A DNA stretch of 64,000 nt from a virus, in IMG/VR virus record IMGVR_UViG_3300042945_003044, one strand, 5' to 3'. A model generated the notes under the pieces. It was not told the DNA's origin. It did no database searches and was given only the letters and a program-made list of their open reading frames with translations. Positions within the stretch are counted from its first letter, which is position 1. Every line of letters begins with the position of its first letter. Positions 12,901-20,654 of this stretch are shown here, piece by piece. The translations under genes were made by a program, and so were the position numbers.

Positions 12901-14023
12901 ACTAAAAGCGCTATCTATTCCTGATTTGGGGTCATATCTGGCTTTATTGTCTAGTGAAGATGAGCCGACTAGTTGCTTGACCCCAAATTATGTAGAAGAA
13001 GATTGTCGTATAGGGTTTACTTCCAGACTAATACAAAAAAGACACGAAGAGCTACAAACATTGACTAGGTTGAGAGATACCAATAATCTTTATACCGAGG
13101 GAATATTACCGGTAATACAAAGGTCTGTGACGACTGGTGCCGATGGAGAATTAACCGAACAAATTTCTTATAATACAGATTATTTTTGGGTGCATATAGA
13201 CCCAGATCAAAAGTGTTCACTAGCAACAGATATGACAACTAAAATTATGAAAGAAGTAAAATATAATTGTATACCTAATAGCGCAAATATTAATGGAGTA
13301 GGTATATTAGGAAAAGAAAATCAACAAGTATGCCCGGAAACCGCTTCTATAACTGGCGGGGACGAGGATGTAAGCTCTGAAGGCCCTGGTAAAACTATAT
13401 ACTCCTTAACTGGTGGCAGAAGCAGGGATTTGGCTGCGGCACCAGGGGTATCAAGCTGGCAAGAGATACAAATTGGTAGCACGGATATTACATTTACAGA
13501 AAGATATATGTGGCTCAATGGCGGAGAGGGAGATTCCTCTCATTTAGATACATTGGTTGCTATTTTCGAGAAATACGATATACCCAGCAACGCTAGAAAA
13601 CCAAGAACAGAGGTTCGTCTTGGCGACGTTATAGACGTTAATAATGCAGATAATATTAAAATTAGATTTATACGTATTCCTAGAAAATATAAAGAATATG
13701 ATCAGCATTATGATAGATATCAGCCTAATTGGTTAGGACAATTAGGTAAAACCACGCCCGGCAGAGGATTGGGAGGAGAAACGCAGTGGGGGTTTGATTG
13801 CTGGGTATGTTTAGATAAAAATACTGGTAGATATGTTAACCCACCAGATGGATACAAAATGCAGAATGAAATGATTTATAGGGCATTTTTTGGTAGCGTA
13901 GACGGAGTAGAAAACAAGAATAGTATTATGACAGAAACCAAGGAGCCTTGGGAGTGGATTCCATATGAATATGATGCCACAGATCCTCCGCAGGCCCCGG
14001 CTTCGCCACCAGCAAATGGTTAA
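6989..14023 (+). CDS. Very large (2344 aa) putative virion protein with PKD/Ig-like and proprotein-convertase P-domain-like segments
   Basis: WEQVEGP...GKYVVRMT...DTLTIYV resembles a PKD/Ig repeat. IRDIEVRINNL..P....MVVWL...TFSD...L.KFNG...CSWDLII resembles a P-domain. Starts 2 nt after the previous stop. Confidence 0.5.
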   Translation: MYKDDKINQCTIYNSAFIDDILPYTLGLNSDDQLSLKFNNNVVSNVDFKINQLRELITQSKNLLGVSDPELLKDVWIPIFITNDNYVQNKEIKRYGTNKKKIFGIEDFISFRGEYKNWIINNANTKLSSDWYTHSNDISYNIDYSIMCWYRLESNNIYSTHVSIKNIPNGYPVVCNQALSYTDNGRSVNISTNDILIKKNDSTLLLPHKDNSIIGSSTEISSSANMTFNSEQSVFNLSKVEDLATLNPLFKVHTETIMGLTTDGQRSNDRLWIADGEAYSYSLNKRRQKEDFSSGICTHTYLSPSLFYKANSIYHRLTAAQIKLANGSSLPKDKAKALRKLSYFLATAPTIDRVSLDLLYHPEIQQLLSTFLNTDIAANLTMTTVDINKEITLFAKLLYQIMVRYKNLSSNATFVGSLSSSLVTSKKDLFKRIINKYPAHLRITSDTNVSYKHLMPDGPNFSCRRLWRSFCDKTLRHNNFEDLGPDQTWRLILYNNEKIECQGLELETNFTRNTSEILLDNTGSNAVDAPEQELNNKLLPLADITRSPLGAVYNVGGPGDFGTSPALDLGPSIKITLSDDDLRWDFTQSPPAIVTEKSFFVGGVDQTQNFTNYRNRAFWEQVEGPDCLRFSNCAIDPNIKGKCAYTIKQKTTTDEMPKIWIRSTGKYVVRMTMFSPFDTQTDTLTIYVANSAGEYEPGKIVPSEAIDISSRIDEFPANLPVGADSENTIPNDILKTMCCNLSQFALGKQGLFWPLKSDSYAIVPLAPNVIGTTGDFSVPGMVKLQDTGPYFGVKKNNSINNKPLTFTIKPNNTIIYIDNMILEHIRDGSDKYTNCNSLLIDLLYASPTKLGSRPTGTSGYYRRRRGLARTLNRFFARHETPTVAPSGDIIVNFDDPRTSMKFAPPVKAYGGYDQKVVNSLGITIPYHPAPSGTMPVLLTKHNFETPDNILCHKKYLNINSSGDIIFSKGTFHPRLGWIPSPNSQDTALSSLANDSLYQQHKNKNSVLKWKMDKKNTFVFKGLGIYGLKASYYHDKQLAPSYKRSAIYITNRSGVPYSDYTGHDNNLGYRSSSDAYEYMSDEYHVDILNAGLADMTCDITNNAVVYGIDRPDIDSLTIRDIEVRINNLNYPNIKHMVVWLEASNAAWSGINNTTDILDNPNQIDISTVGSQFADLAAYRTALINMNANPDPSTRRLYLLNRDYIEDYTYNYSITFSDNTSLDMGGNPNKINSEVLFKNNQTYTQNHKIKPTLTPNGYDDAACSIYRSSMVKNGLIPKEACLHKFNGLPLKDTTFALYVGIWDYEDNFIVRDMNPWNATLLGMKGVTDKVKPGILSNALCSWDLIIHTDKTTRSEPTDPIGLFDRKNQDPTFTNGSSFIANFKDRKHLIPQVNLNAPYNYLDNSNFCAYKEPELTTATRFNMVEFPTWAILQIITAMTPVYGGGGSVFTGDPSTGYGAIYDFFAQNRASNLTEIQQRKTQVGRYSRRPFGASDKALVAISNDGNVWYKTELPIFRYDNCHTLQNNQYSYIKLKKNNIPFLSHFDFQFFAESDAEFLPSASDWADSLFKHKYIVDNAVVGFSGGFTSTDLIGNKSVIKIYGPRAYYLFDTNDTISISSPTTTDANRMVNRTIASKALISINNKEYTVFKLNTNINDASYFTKPEDNQDTLIIFKNDYTTIGGATPINIWGLEKSQTPRKTPDRHFSAFGEGSYGRGVENIRENTLSYLFDQNHIEPIYENINHKHKFLFRFDSIKVNNLDINLENIASPTRNNTIRGFPWSIDTEQRGLLKQYVLLGKPSPQLLQQIDNLKKQKETARKNITDEDALKARLHAIDASIPVSQVEIMFIPDLKAYISFLEPDLEDCDPCLKDSAEKLLKIKEEQIAPFYKFNTSYAFIDLRLDRFKSSSEVPDTGTISIANDFIFNQPQNKLDANTINTINTRIAFLTTKSQAFENRLNIAKEEDSFPTNITLTELKALSIPDLGSYLALLSSEDEPTSCLTPNYVEEDCRIGFTSRLIQKRHEELQTLTRLRDTNNLYTEGILPVIQRSVTTGADGELTEQISYNTDYFWVHIDPDQKCSLATDMTTKIMKEVKYNCIPNSANINGVGILGKENQQVCPETASITGGDEDVSSEGPGKTIYSLTGGRSRDLAAAPGVSSWQEIQIGSTDITFTERYMWLNGGEGDSSHLDTLVAIFEKYDIPSNARKPRTEVRLGDVIDVNNADNIKIRFIRIPRKYKEYDQHYDRYQPNWLGQLGKTTPGRGLGGETQWGFDCWVCLDKNTGRYVNPPDGYKMQNEMIYRAFFGSVDGVENKNSIMTETKEPWEWIPYEYDATDPPQAPASPPANG

Positions 14024-14035
14024 ATTTCAATAAAA

Positions 14036-14374
14036 CTATTTTTTAGTTTTTTGAGACTCTTCTTTTTGGTATTTGTGCCACCCCTTATTTGGCAACCAAT
14101 TGCCGTCATCATCTTTTCTTTTGGGAAATAGGGTGCCTCCCTTTTTGTGCTGTCCGAATGCTAGAATTGCTCCACAATCAGCACATCTTAATTCATAGTA
14201 ATCGTTGCCTTCCACAGAACGTACTATGAATCTTAGGTTGGTGCTTTGACACAAGCCGCACTTCTCTTCCGAAAAGATTTCTTGTATCAGTGCTAGCTCT
14301 TTGAAGATTTCTTTTTGTCCCGCTCCCTCAAGCTCGAACTGTAGTTTATCGCTTGCTTTATATATAACTTTCAT
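14036..14374 (-). CDS. Zn-ribbon hypothetical protein
   Basis: CGLC...CADC motif. Start more likely MKVIYK (14374) than the track's 14398, which overlaps the upstream gene. Confidence 0.6.
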   Translation of the reverse strand: MKVIYKASDKLQFELEGAGQKEIFKELALIQEIFSEEKCGLCQSTNLRFIVRSVEGNDYYELRCADCGAILAFGQHKKGGTLFPKRKDDDGNWLPNKGWHKYQKEESQKTKK

Positions 14375-14375
14375 A

Positions 14376-15116
14376 TTATTCTTTCCATGTTGTAGCATAG
14401 CCGAATAGGTCTTGTGTGATCAAGGATATATCCTGCTGATACTTTGATAACATTCTAATTAATTTAACAGCATCTTCGTGAGGCATATCATAGACATTAT
14501 CGTATTTTATGCCATTTGACTCTAATACTTTTGATACGTTTATATTAAGCCTTTGGGCCATAACGTCAACAAAATTAATTTGATTATTTGTTATTTTTGA
14601 AACAGTATTACTATCGGGATGATCCTCTATTTCTTGAGCTAATTCTTCAGCTGCTACCACCTTTCTTAATCTTAGGGCTCTTCTAAGCGCCCTACCTTCT
14701 GCCCTGGTTTCGGCTACGGCCACAGGATGATTACGGTAGATCTTGTCGCAATTGCCCCAATAAACGTCTGCGGCGCCGTCTACACAGACAGTATTTAAAT
14801 CTGGCTTGTCCTGGTGGCCAGGATTTAAAACGTATGTTAGAGAGTGTACCACGGTAGCCCTTTTCTCATTGTCTGGACTCGGGGATTGTACCACCTGTGT
14901 ATTAGAAGATATTATTTTACAGCTCATCGCTTCTTCAAATACTCTACGTAATCCGTCGGTGGTAGGGTTGCCGCTTATTTTTTCATCATCAGACAAAAGG
15001 CCTAATACATATTCGGTCCATTCCAGATCTCCTATGGATGGTTTTTTGACCACATTTTCTTGGACAGCGGTTTTTTCTTCTGTATGAACAGAGTCGTTTT
15101 TTTTATTCTTACTCAT
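14376..15116 (-). CDS. Putative single-strand annealing protein (Rad52/Sak-like fold)
   Basis: DGAAD...AVAETRAEGRALRRAL motif typical of Rad52/22-like phage SSAPs, followed by a helical C-terminal domain starting KITNNQINF. Confidence 0.5.
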   Translation of the reverse strand: MSKNKKNDSVHTEEKTAVQENVVKKPSIGDLEWTEYVLGLLSDDEKISGNPTTDGLRRVFEEAMSCKIISSNTQVVQSPSPDNEKRATVVHSLTYVLNPGHQDKPDLNTVCVDGAADVYWGNCDKIYRNHPVAVAETRAEGRALRRALRLRKVVAAEELAQEIEDHPDSNTVSKITNNQINFVDVMAQRLNINVSKVLESNGIKYDNVYDMPHEDAVKLIRMLSKYQQDISLITQDLFGYATTWKE

Positions 15117-15921
15117 GAGTGTCCTTTATTGCTATAATTCTATCTTCTATACTTGGAAATTTGTTATCAATACTTTTTAAGATTTTTTCTAAAGCCTCGC
15201 ACACAAGATTGGCTCTAGTTTTTGAAAAATCTTTGGTTTGCTTTATCCTAATTAATACGTATCCTTTTCCTATTAGGAGTCCTTCTTTTTTTTGATCGTA
15301 TTTTATATTTTTAGCCAAAGTTTCTTCGCCCCAAACCGGTTGAAAATGAGAAGGGCCGTCAACCTCTATTGCTGTGTTCATAGTAGGTAGAAAAAGATCG
15401 ATCTGCAACTTTGTGTTTGACAAAACTTGTTCTTTGTGAAAATCAACACGCCAGCCTTTACCAATAAGATATTCTAAAATATGGTTTTCTAATTTGGAAC
15501 CCCTCTTACTAGACAACCTAACTGCCTCATTAGCTTTTTTAATCATATTGCTTTTTTTGTCATCAGATAAGTTTTCCCACTGGTCTTTTTTTTGTTTGAT
15601 AATTTTTTGTTTAGATATATCGTCCATTCCTTCCCAAGACTTTATTAGACCCATTCCTATTTTTGACTTAGTTGTTTCTGATCTAGATGTTCCTAGGGTT
15701 GGGTGTTTATGCTTACCTGTCTGTAATGCGTTTTGTTGAGCGGCAGATTTATCTCTAATTTTAATACCTAGTTTTTTTGCATCTCTACGCACCTTATTTG
15801 CGTATGTACCTAATTGTTCCGCAACATCAGCAAAGCTTTTTTGTTTTTTGATATATAAATCAGTTATTAGCTTTTTTTTATCGCTGTCCGATAAAGAACT
15901 ATAAGATTTTGCATAACTCAT
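15109..15921 (-). CDS. HTH + NUMOD-like + DUF559/Vsr-like PD-(D/E)xK endonuclease
   Basis: N-terminal HTH (SFADVAEQLGT), RSETTKSKIG segment, C-terminal SKLE...IDLFLP...AIEVDGPSH...YDQKKE..L...GY.LIRI. Confidence 0.7.
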   Translation of the reverse strand: MSYAKSYSSLSDSDKKKLITDLYIKKQKSFADVAEQLGTYANKVRRDAKKLGIKIRDKSAAQQNALQTGKHKHPTLGTSRSETTKSKIGMGLIKSWEGMDDISKQKIIKQKKDQWENLSDDKKSNMIKKANEAVRLSSKRGSKLENHILEYLIGKGWRVDFHKEQVLSNTKLQIDLFLPTMNTAIEVDGPSHFQPVWGEETLAKNIKYDQKKEGLLIGKGYVLIRIKQTKDFSKTRANLVCEALEKILKSIDNKFPSIEDRIIAIKDTHE

Positions 15922-16354
15922 TTGGATTAAGATCTCCTAATACTGCGGTTGGATTTTTCCATATATTACTATATATAGTAGCTATGTCCGGGGTTTGTGC
16001 TATAATTTTTACCCTATCATTTTCTAGTAGTTCAGACCAAAAACTAAATTTTGTAGAGGTATCGGTCATCCACGGAATATTTTGCGCATAATAATATATA
16101 TTTTTAGCGCAATATGAGGACACTGATATCATTAAACCTACTATGTCAAAAACAAATAAATCTCCTCGAAAAAATTTCGCTTGATTTATATGTAATACTG
16201 GAATATTTTTTGTGTCTATATTATTATAGCTATTAAATATTAGAATATTTAAATCTGGTCGCACGTTCATAAGATGACGCAATGATTCTATTATTTCCTC
16301 GGATTGACGACCATCTAAATGTAATAATACAAAACCTATTATATTTTTATTCAT
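15899..16354 (-). CDS. Hypothetical protein, glycosyltransferase-cluster member
   Basis: 151-aa ORF overlapping both neighbours. Alpha/beta pattern, weakly like a GT-B N-terminal fragment. Confidence 0.45.
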   Translation of the reverse strand: MNKNIIGFVLLHLDGRQSEEIIESLRHLMNVRPDLNILIFNSYNNIDTKNIPVLHINQAKFFRGDLFVFDIVGLMISVSSYCAKNIYYYAQNIPWMTDTSTKFSFWSELLENDRVKIIAQTPDIATIYSNIWKNPTAVLGDLNPNELCKIL

Positions 16355-17067
16355 AGTAAAAACTCTATAAATTTAGAGATATCGGCACCACCTTTATATA
16401 GATTTTTATCAATAGGTTGCATATTTTTATGGTCTAAGACCGTAATTCCACATGCAATCGCCTCATATATATAACTGTCATTTATATTAAGAAAATACTT
16501 ATAAGTTTGTAATATATTAGCTTTTTCATGTTCTGATATTATTCCAACATTATATGTATTTGCTATATCGGGGTTATCAAATAGTCTAATCATGGTTTCT
16601 TTTTTAGAGTCAGAAAGCATAAGATATTTTGTTAGATTAAACGGAATCTCTGATACTTCCCCAAGAAAACCGGCCATGATATTGCTTCTAGGAGTATTGG
16701 ATGATCTATCAAAGAATATGTGGTTATTTATATATTTTTGAATATTCACGCATCCAGGATTATCTGTCTCCTGATTCAATAGATGGGTGACCTTATTATT
16801 GATTTGCTCTACTAATACGAGGTCTGCATTATGATGGTATAGAAAAATTTTTATCTTGTCAGATTCAGCGTACTCCTCTATAAACATCATAACAGTGTCG
16901 TCTATAGTTTTTGTGTCTATAATATAGTTTGGAATACCACTATAAGGATATTTAAAAATATTGTCATTGCTTATCGCAAAATGCGATTCAATCTTACAAA
17001 GCTTAAGATTCTCTATAAATCTATACTTTAATTGCGAACTATCTATACAAAAATAACATTTTTTCAT
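16351..17067 (-). CDS. Degenerate GT-B (GT4-like) glycosyltransferase-like protein
   Basis: C-terminal ANILQTYKYFLN...YEAIACGITVL resembles the GT4 EA.ACG motif. 4-nt overlaps with neighbours. Confidence 0.45.
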   Translation of the reverse strand: MKKCYFCIDSSQLKYRFIENLKLCKIESHFAISNDNIFKYPYSGIPNYIIDTKTIDDTVMMFIEEYAESDKIKIFLYHHNADLVLVEQINNKVTHLLNQETDNPGCVNIQKYINNHIFFDRSSNTPRSNIMAGFLGEVSEIPFNLTKYLMLSDSKKETMIRLFDNPDIANTYNVGIISEHEKANILQTYKYFLNINDSYIYEAIACGITVLDHKNMQPIDKNLYKGGADISKFIEFLL

Positions 17068-17744
17068 ATTGAGGAAAATCTTTTTGCCTTAAGAATGTCT
17101 TTATGTGACCCTACTTTAAATATATTTTTTTTGTCTATTACATTAGTGGAAAACTCTATATTTTGATCTATTAGTTTGTTGATAAGTTCAAAAAGATACA
17201 GTTGCCCAAAAACATTTTTATTTAAAAGCCGCATATTGTCGATACTCTTTTCATCTAAGAATACGCATTCTGACCAAGTGTGTGGTAGGTCATAGAAGAT
17301 ATATTTGGCCGCTTGTGTACCAAGACTTCCTAAACTAAAGTTTTCTTTTTGATTATTCAGATAATATAAGGTTGATTTATCACTGGTTTTTATTTTTGGA
17401 TACTCTTTAAAAAGTATGCCGCTACCAACAATAAATAAGTTTTTAATGTCTGATAAATACTGTATTGCTGTTAATATAGCATGAGTTTGATTAGATTTAG
17501 CATAGTATGGGTCAACGATAGAAGTGACGGATTTATGTTTATTATTTAGATATTTTCTTACCTTTTCGTTTTCGAACCCTGTTAATACGCTAATTCTAGC
17601 GTGCTTAAATTGTGACTTAGCTTTGGATAGCTGATAGTCTAGCACAGACATATTGTTATTCAGTGATAGCAGACATTTTGGCCCTATAGATTTCATACCC
17701 TTAGTAATCTCAGAAGCTAAAAATAAAATATTTACATCACTCAT
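17064..17744 (-). CDS. Sugar/choline-phosphate nucleotidyltransferase-like protein (NTP_transferase fold)
   Basis: ILFLASEITKGMKSIGPKCLL...VLDYQL...VLTGF...YAKSN matches the LAAG.G.RM...PK.LL signature, but the glycine-rich loop is degenerate. Confidence 0.65.
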   Translation of the reverse strand: MSDVNILFLASEITKGMKSIGPKCLLSLNNNMSVLDYQLSKAKSQFKHARISVLTGFENEKVRKYLNNKHKSVTSIVDPYYAKSNQTHAILTAIQYLSDIKNLFIVGSGILFKEYPKIKTSDKSTLYYLNNQKENFSLGSLGTQAAKYIFYDLPHTWSECVFLDEKSIDNMRLLNKNVFGQLYLFELINKLIDQNIEFSTNVIDKKNIFKVGSHKDILKAKRFSSI

Positions 17745-18492
17745 AATATACTACTCTGGGATTTTCATACTTATTGACAGCTTTTTCTAAAGAAGCATAT
17801 CCATCTTTTATAAAAACATAGTATTCAAAAGGTAAGAATAGTCCATAAATATCTTTTATAGTCATTGAGTTATGGGTAATAAAATCGCAATCTGGTTGGT
17901 AAATATGTAGAATCTCTTTAATAGAAGATATAGACTTATTAAGATCTGGTATATTGTCTATTTTCCAAATCCAAAAATATTGGGTATTATTCCTTCTCAT
18001 ATTTGTATCTAATATCATATTGAGCACTTGGCCTATTTCGCCCTTCTCAAATATGCAGTGTATCTTATATCCATATTTTCTATTGGCATCGGATTCTATA
18101 AGGTCTATATACTTCTTAGCATCTTCATCATTATCGACAATAATAGATAGGTATCCAGGACAGCCATCTTCTGTGTTTATTTTATTAATAAGAGAGTTAT
18201 CGAAAGAGACTCCTCTAGCGTCAACAACCAGATAATATCGTAATTTAAGTCTCTCTAGTAGTTTATTTTTAAGGTCCATACCCTTGATATGTTCTTGATT
18301 GCTGTCATAAGCAGATTTAGAGAAACCATATCGACACAAATAGTTATTTATTTTGTAATACCCGTGTTCTATGCTAATGTCTTTTTCTTTTATGTTTTTT
18401 ATCTTATCCACAATACCGAATTCGCATTTTGGCTCGTGGTCTTGTGCAGCGGGCGACGAAAAAATACAGTTTTTGCAGTTGGTGTCTTTCAT
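17737..18492 (-). CDS. Hypothetical protein with Cys-rich N-terminus
   Basis: CKNC...C...C motif. Overlaps the next gene by 8 nt. Confidence 0.5.
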   Translation of the reverse strand: MKDTNCKNCIFSSPAAQDHEPKCEFGIVDKIKNIKEKDISIEHGYYKINNYLCRYGFSKSAYDSNQEHIKGMDLKNKLLERLKLRYYLVVDARGVSFDNSLINKINTEDGCPGYLSIIVDNDEDAKKYIDLIESDANRKYGYKIHCIFEKGEIGQVLNMILDTNMRRNNTQYFWIWKIDNIPDLNKSISSIKEILHIYQPDCDFITHNSMTIKDIYGLFLPFEYYVFIKDGYASLEKAVNKYENPRVVYYE

Positions 18493-18493
18493 G

Positions 18494-18907
18494 TTAAACG
18501 GCTATTCTTTCTATAGTTATGTTTAATATAAATTGTTCTTTGTTGATATTTTTAAGCGTAATATCTGTATTGCTTTTTAATACTGATATAAAATATGAGA
18601 TATCAAAGCTGAATCCTTTATTATCCTCTATGATATTAAGGAATTCTGTTTCCTCTACAGCCCCAGATAAATAGTGTTTAGCCAAATCTTTCATATCTAA
18701 TATGTTAAAAGACAGTACTCCATTTAAACAAAGCTTTTTGGATAGTTTTAGTATAGTTTCGTATACGGACTCATCGATATTCATGAGAACGCCTGGAGAT
18801 TGTATTTCTATCTCTTGAGCATAATAATTGGGTATCTGCGCGCTTTGCTCTATGGTTATGGAGTTGGTATCGTTTGGTACGTGTGATATTATAAATGATT
18901 TGATCAT
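18494..18907 (-). CDS. Hypothetical protein
   Basis: 137-aa ORF translationally coupled within the cluster. Confidence 0.45.
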   Translation of the reverse strand: MIKSFIISHVPNDTNSITIEQSAQIPNYYAQEIEIQSPGVLMNIDESVYETILKLSKKLCLNGVLSFNILDMKDLAKHYLSGAVEETEFLNIIEDNKGFSFDISYFISVLKSNTDITLKNINKEQFILNITIERIAV

Positions 18908-19677
18908 AAAATGAATGGTGTTGATACGACGTGATTAATATGAGACATTAAGCGATCCACAAACTTATCAAAATTATACAAGTTATCGAATTCATTCATG
19001 TTGTCTTCGCGAGCATGCTCTGAATAAATAAGATCATGTATTTTATTGTCTTCTATAAGTCTGAGATATTTGTTTTTAGCGAACTGATTCTTGAAGGTTA
19101 TTGGTAGGCAGCCGGCTCGATAGCCCGCTAAAAGATCTATCTTATTGGTGTTATTTAATAAGACCTTATACTGACTTAAGAAACCATATATCTCTTGTAT
19201 ATCTCTATTATAAAAGATTTTTGGGTCTATAGCATCATATTTAATATTCTGAGAATCCAAGAACCTAATTATCATTTCTGTGTGATAAGGATCCTTATCT
19301 CTGATGTATAATAATGTTTTATTTTGAATAGACAATGGCTTTATTGGTTTTGGTAGACCATAAGAGTCATCCGCTAAATTAAATTGGTATACATGCTCAC
19401 AATTTTCTGATTCGTCTTCGATTTCTGAGATACGTAGATTAACAATATTAGTATGAAAATATTTAGCGATTTCATTTTCTTTTCCACTATATGCGTTATC
19501 GTACAACAGTACGCATGAAGCCCCGCACGTAATGTCTGATTCATATAGAGTTAGAGTCATGCCCGGTATTGAGCCGAGTATGCTGTCCATTACAGAGCCA
19601 TGGGGATAGTATACTATCCTATGATTTTTTGTGCCTTTGATGGCGGTTCTTGCTATATTAGATAGTTTATAGTTCAT
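18904..19677 (-). CDS. Degenerate glycosyltransferase-like protein
   Basis: FLSQYKVLLN...LAGYRAGCLPIT...YNFDKFVDR resembles a GT-B C-terminal domain. ATGA overlaps with neighbours. Confidence 0.4.
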   Translation of the reverse strand: MNYKLSNIARTAIKGTKNHRIVYYPHGSVMDSILGSIPGMTLTLYESDITCGASCVLLYDNAYSGKENEIAKYFHTNIVNLRISEIEDESENCEHVYQFNLADDSYGLPKPIKPLSIQNKTLLYIRDKDPYHTEMIIRFLDSQNIKYDAIDPKIFYNRDIQEIYGFLSQYKVLLNNTNKIDLLAGYRAGCLPITFKNQFAKNKYLRLIEDNKIHDLIYSEHAREDNMNEFDNLYNFDKFVDRLMSHINHVVSTPFIL

Positions 19678-20654
19678 ATAATAGCACTCTTAATCAATTT
19701 AGATAAATTTATGATAGATATACTTCGTCTTTTCATTTGATATGAATATGAAGCCAATTCGGTTTTCATAGGAACCGCTATATCTGAGTAATCATCAAGA
19801 CTTATAACTGTATTTCCGCATAGTCTAGCATAAGTTTCTTGCAAGTATAGAGTATTTTTTTCATTTAGAGATAAATATATATCACAAGATTTATGTGCTG
19901 CTATTATTTCTGATTCTGTAAATTGTTTAAAAATAAAAATTTCTTTTCCATATTCTGTTGGAAGGCCAAATTCTGAACGCATATTTTTAATATTGTTTTC
20001 TAATAGCTCTATATTAGGAGCATTATAATAATCTAAAAAGAATACGCAAACAGCTCCAAACGGACGTTCAGATATGCTAGAGTATAAAGAAAAAATTATT
20101 TTTTTGATAATGCCCTCATCTTCATCAAAATTACCTATAAAATACAGTTTCTTTGTATGATGATAGTTATCGAAAACGTACTTATTATTAGTATAATTAA
20201 TCAAATTATTCTTATCTACCCCTGTGTCTAATATAGATATTTTATCGGCTAGATCGGGACAATAAGTTGTTATGGTGGAAGCCTCTTTTTTTGATTGGAC
20301 CACTATATTATCAAAGAAACGTAAAATATCTAGAGAACTGGATGATATTCCAAAATCTTCTATATTTTCTATTATTGGAAATACATGATGTTGAGAAGCT
20401 ACGTCAGGCATATATTGTATGTGTTCTAACGGCAGATGCTGTACACATATATCGTATTGATTTTGTGCTATACTTGTTTTTTCAGTAATAAATTCTATTT
20501 TTTTCGGTAAAATTCTGTGCAATGATGATAGATATACTGGTCTAGATACCACATCCTCAGTACCATATCGCTTAGCCAACTGGCTAATATACAATCTAGA
20601 TACCTGTCCCAGAGTATCGGTATTTCTATAAGGACCTATAAATAAAATACTCAT
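19674..20654 (-). CDS. GT4-like glycosyltransferase (divergent)
   Basis: N-terminal ILFIGPYR..D.LG..SR.YI..L, KLYFIG, and AHKSCDIYLSL. The canonical EGFG motif is absent. Confidence 0.55.
   Translation of the reverse strand: MSILFIGPYRNTDTLGQVSRLYISQLAKRYGTEDVVSRPVYLSSLHRILPKKIEFITEKTSIAQNQYDICVQHLPLEHIQYMPDVASQHHVFPIIENIEDFGISSSSLDILRFFDNIVVQSKKEASTITTYCPDLADKISILDTGVDKNNLINYTNNKYVFDNYHHTKKLYFIGNFDEDEGIIKKIIFSLYSSISERPFGAVCVFFLDYYNAPNIELLENNIKNMRSEFGLPTEYGKEIFIFKQFTESEIIAAHKSCDIYLSLNEKNTLYLQETYARLCGNTVISLDDYSDIAVPMKTELASYSYQMKRRSISIINLSKLIKSAII

Noticed and set aside
123-13518. Numerous short - strand and off-frame ORFs inside the three giant + strand genes
   Set aside because: Antisense shadows with no recognisable motifs or ribosome-binding sites.
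14024-14035. Bidirectional terminator at the strand convergence
   Set aside because: Only 12 nt separate the two stops and I see no convincing stem-loop.
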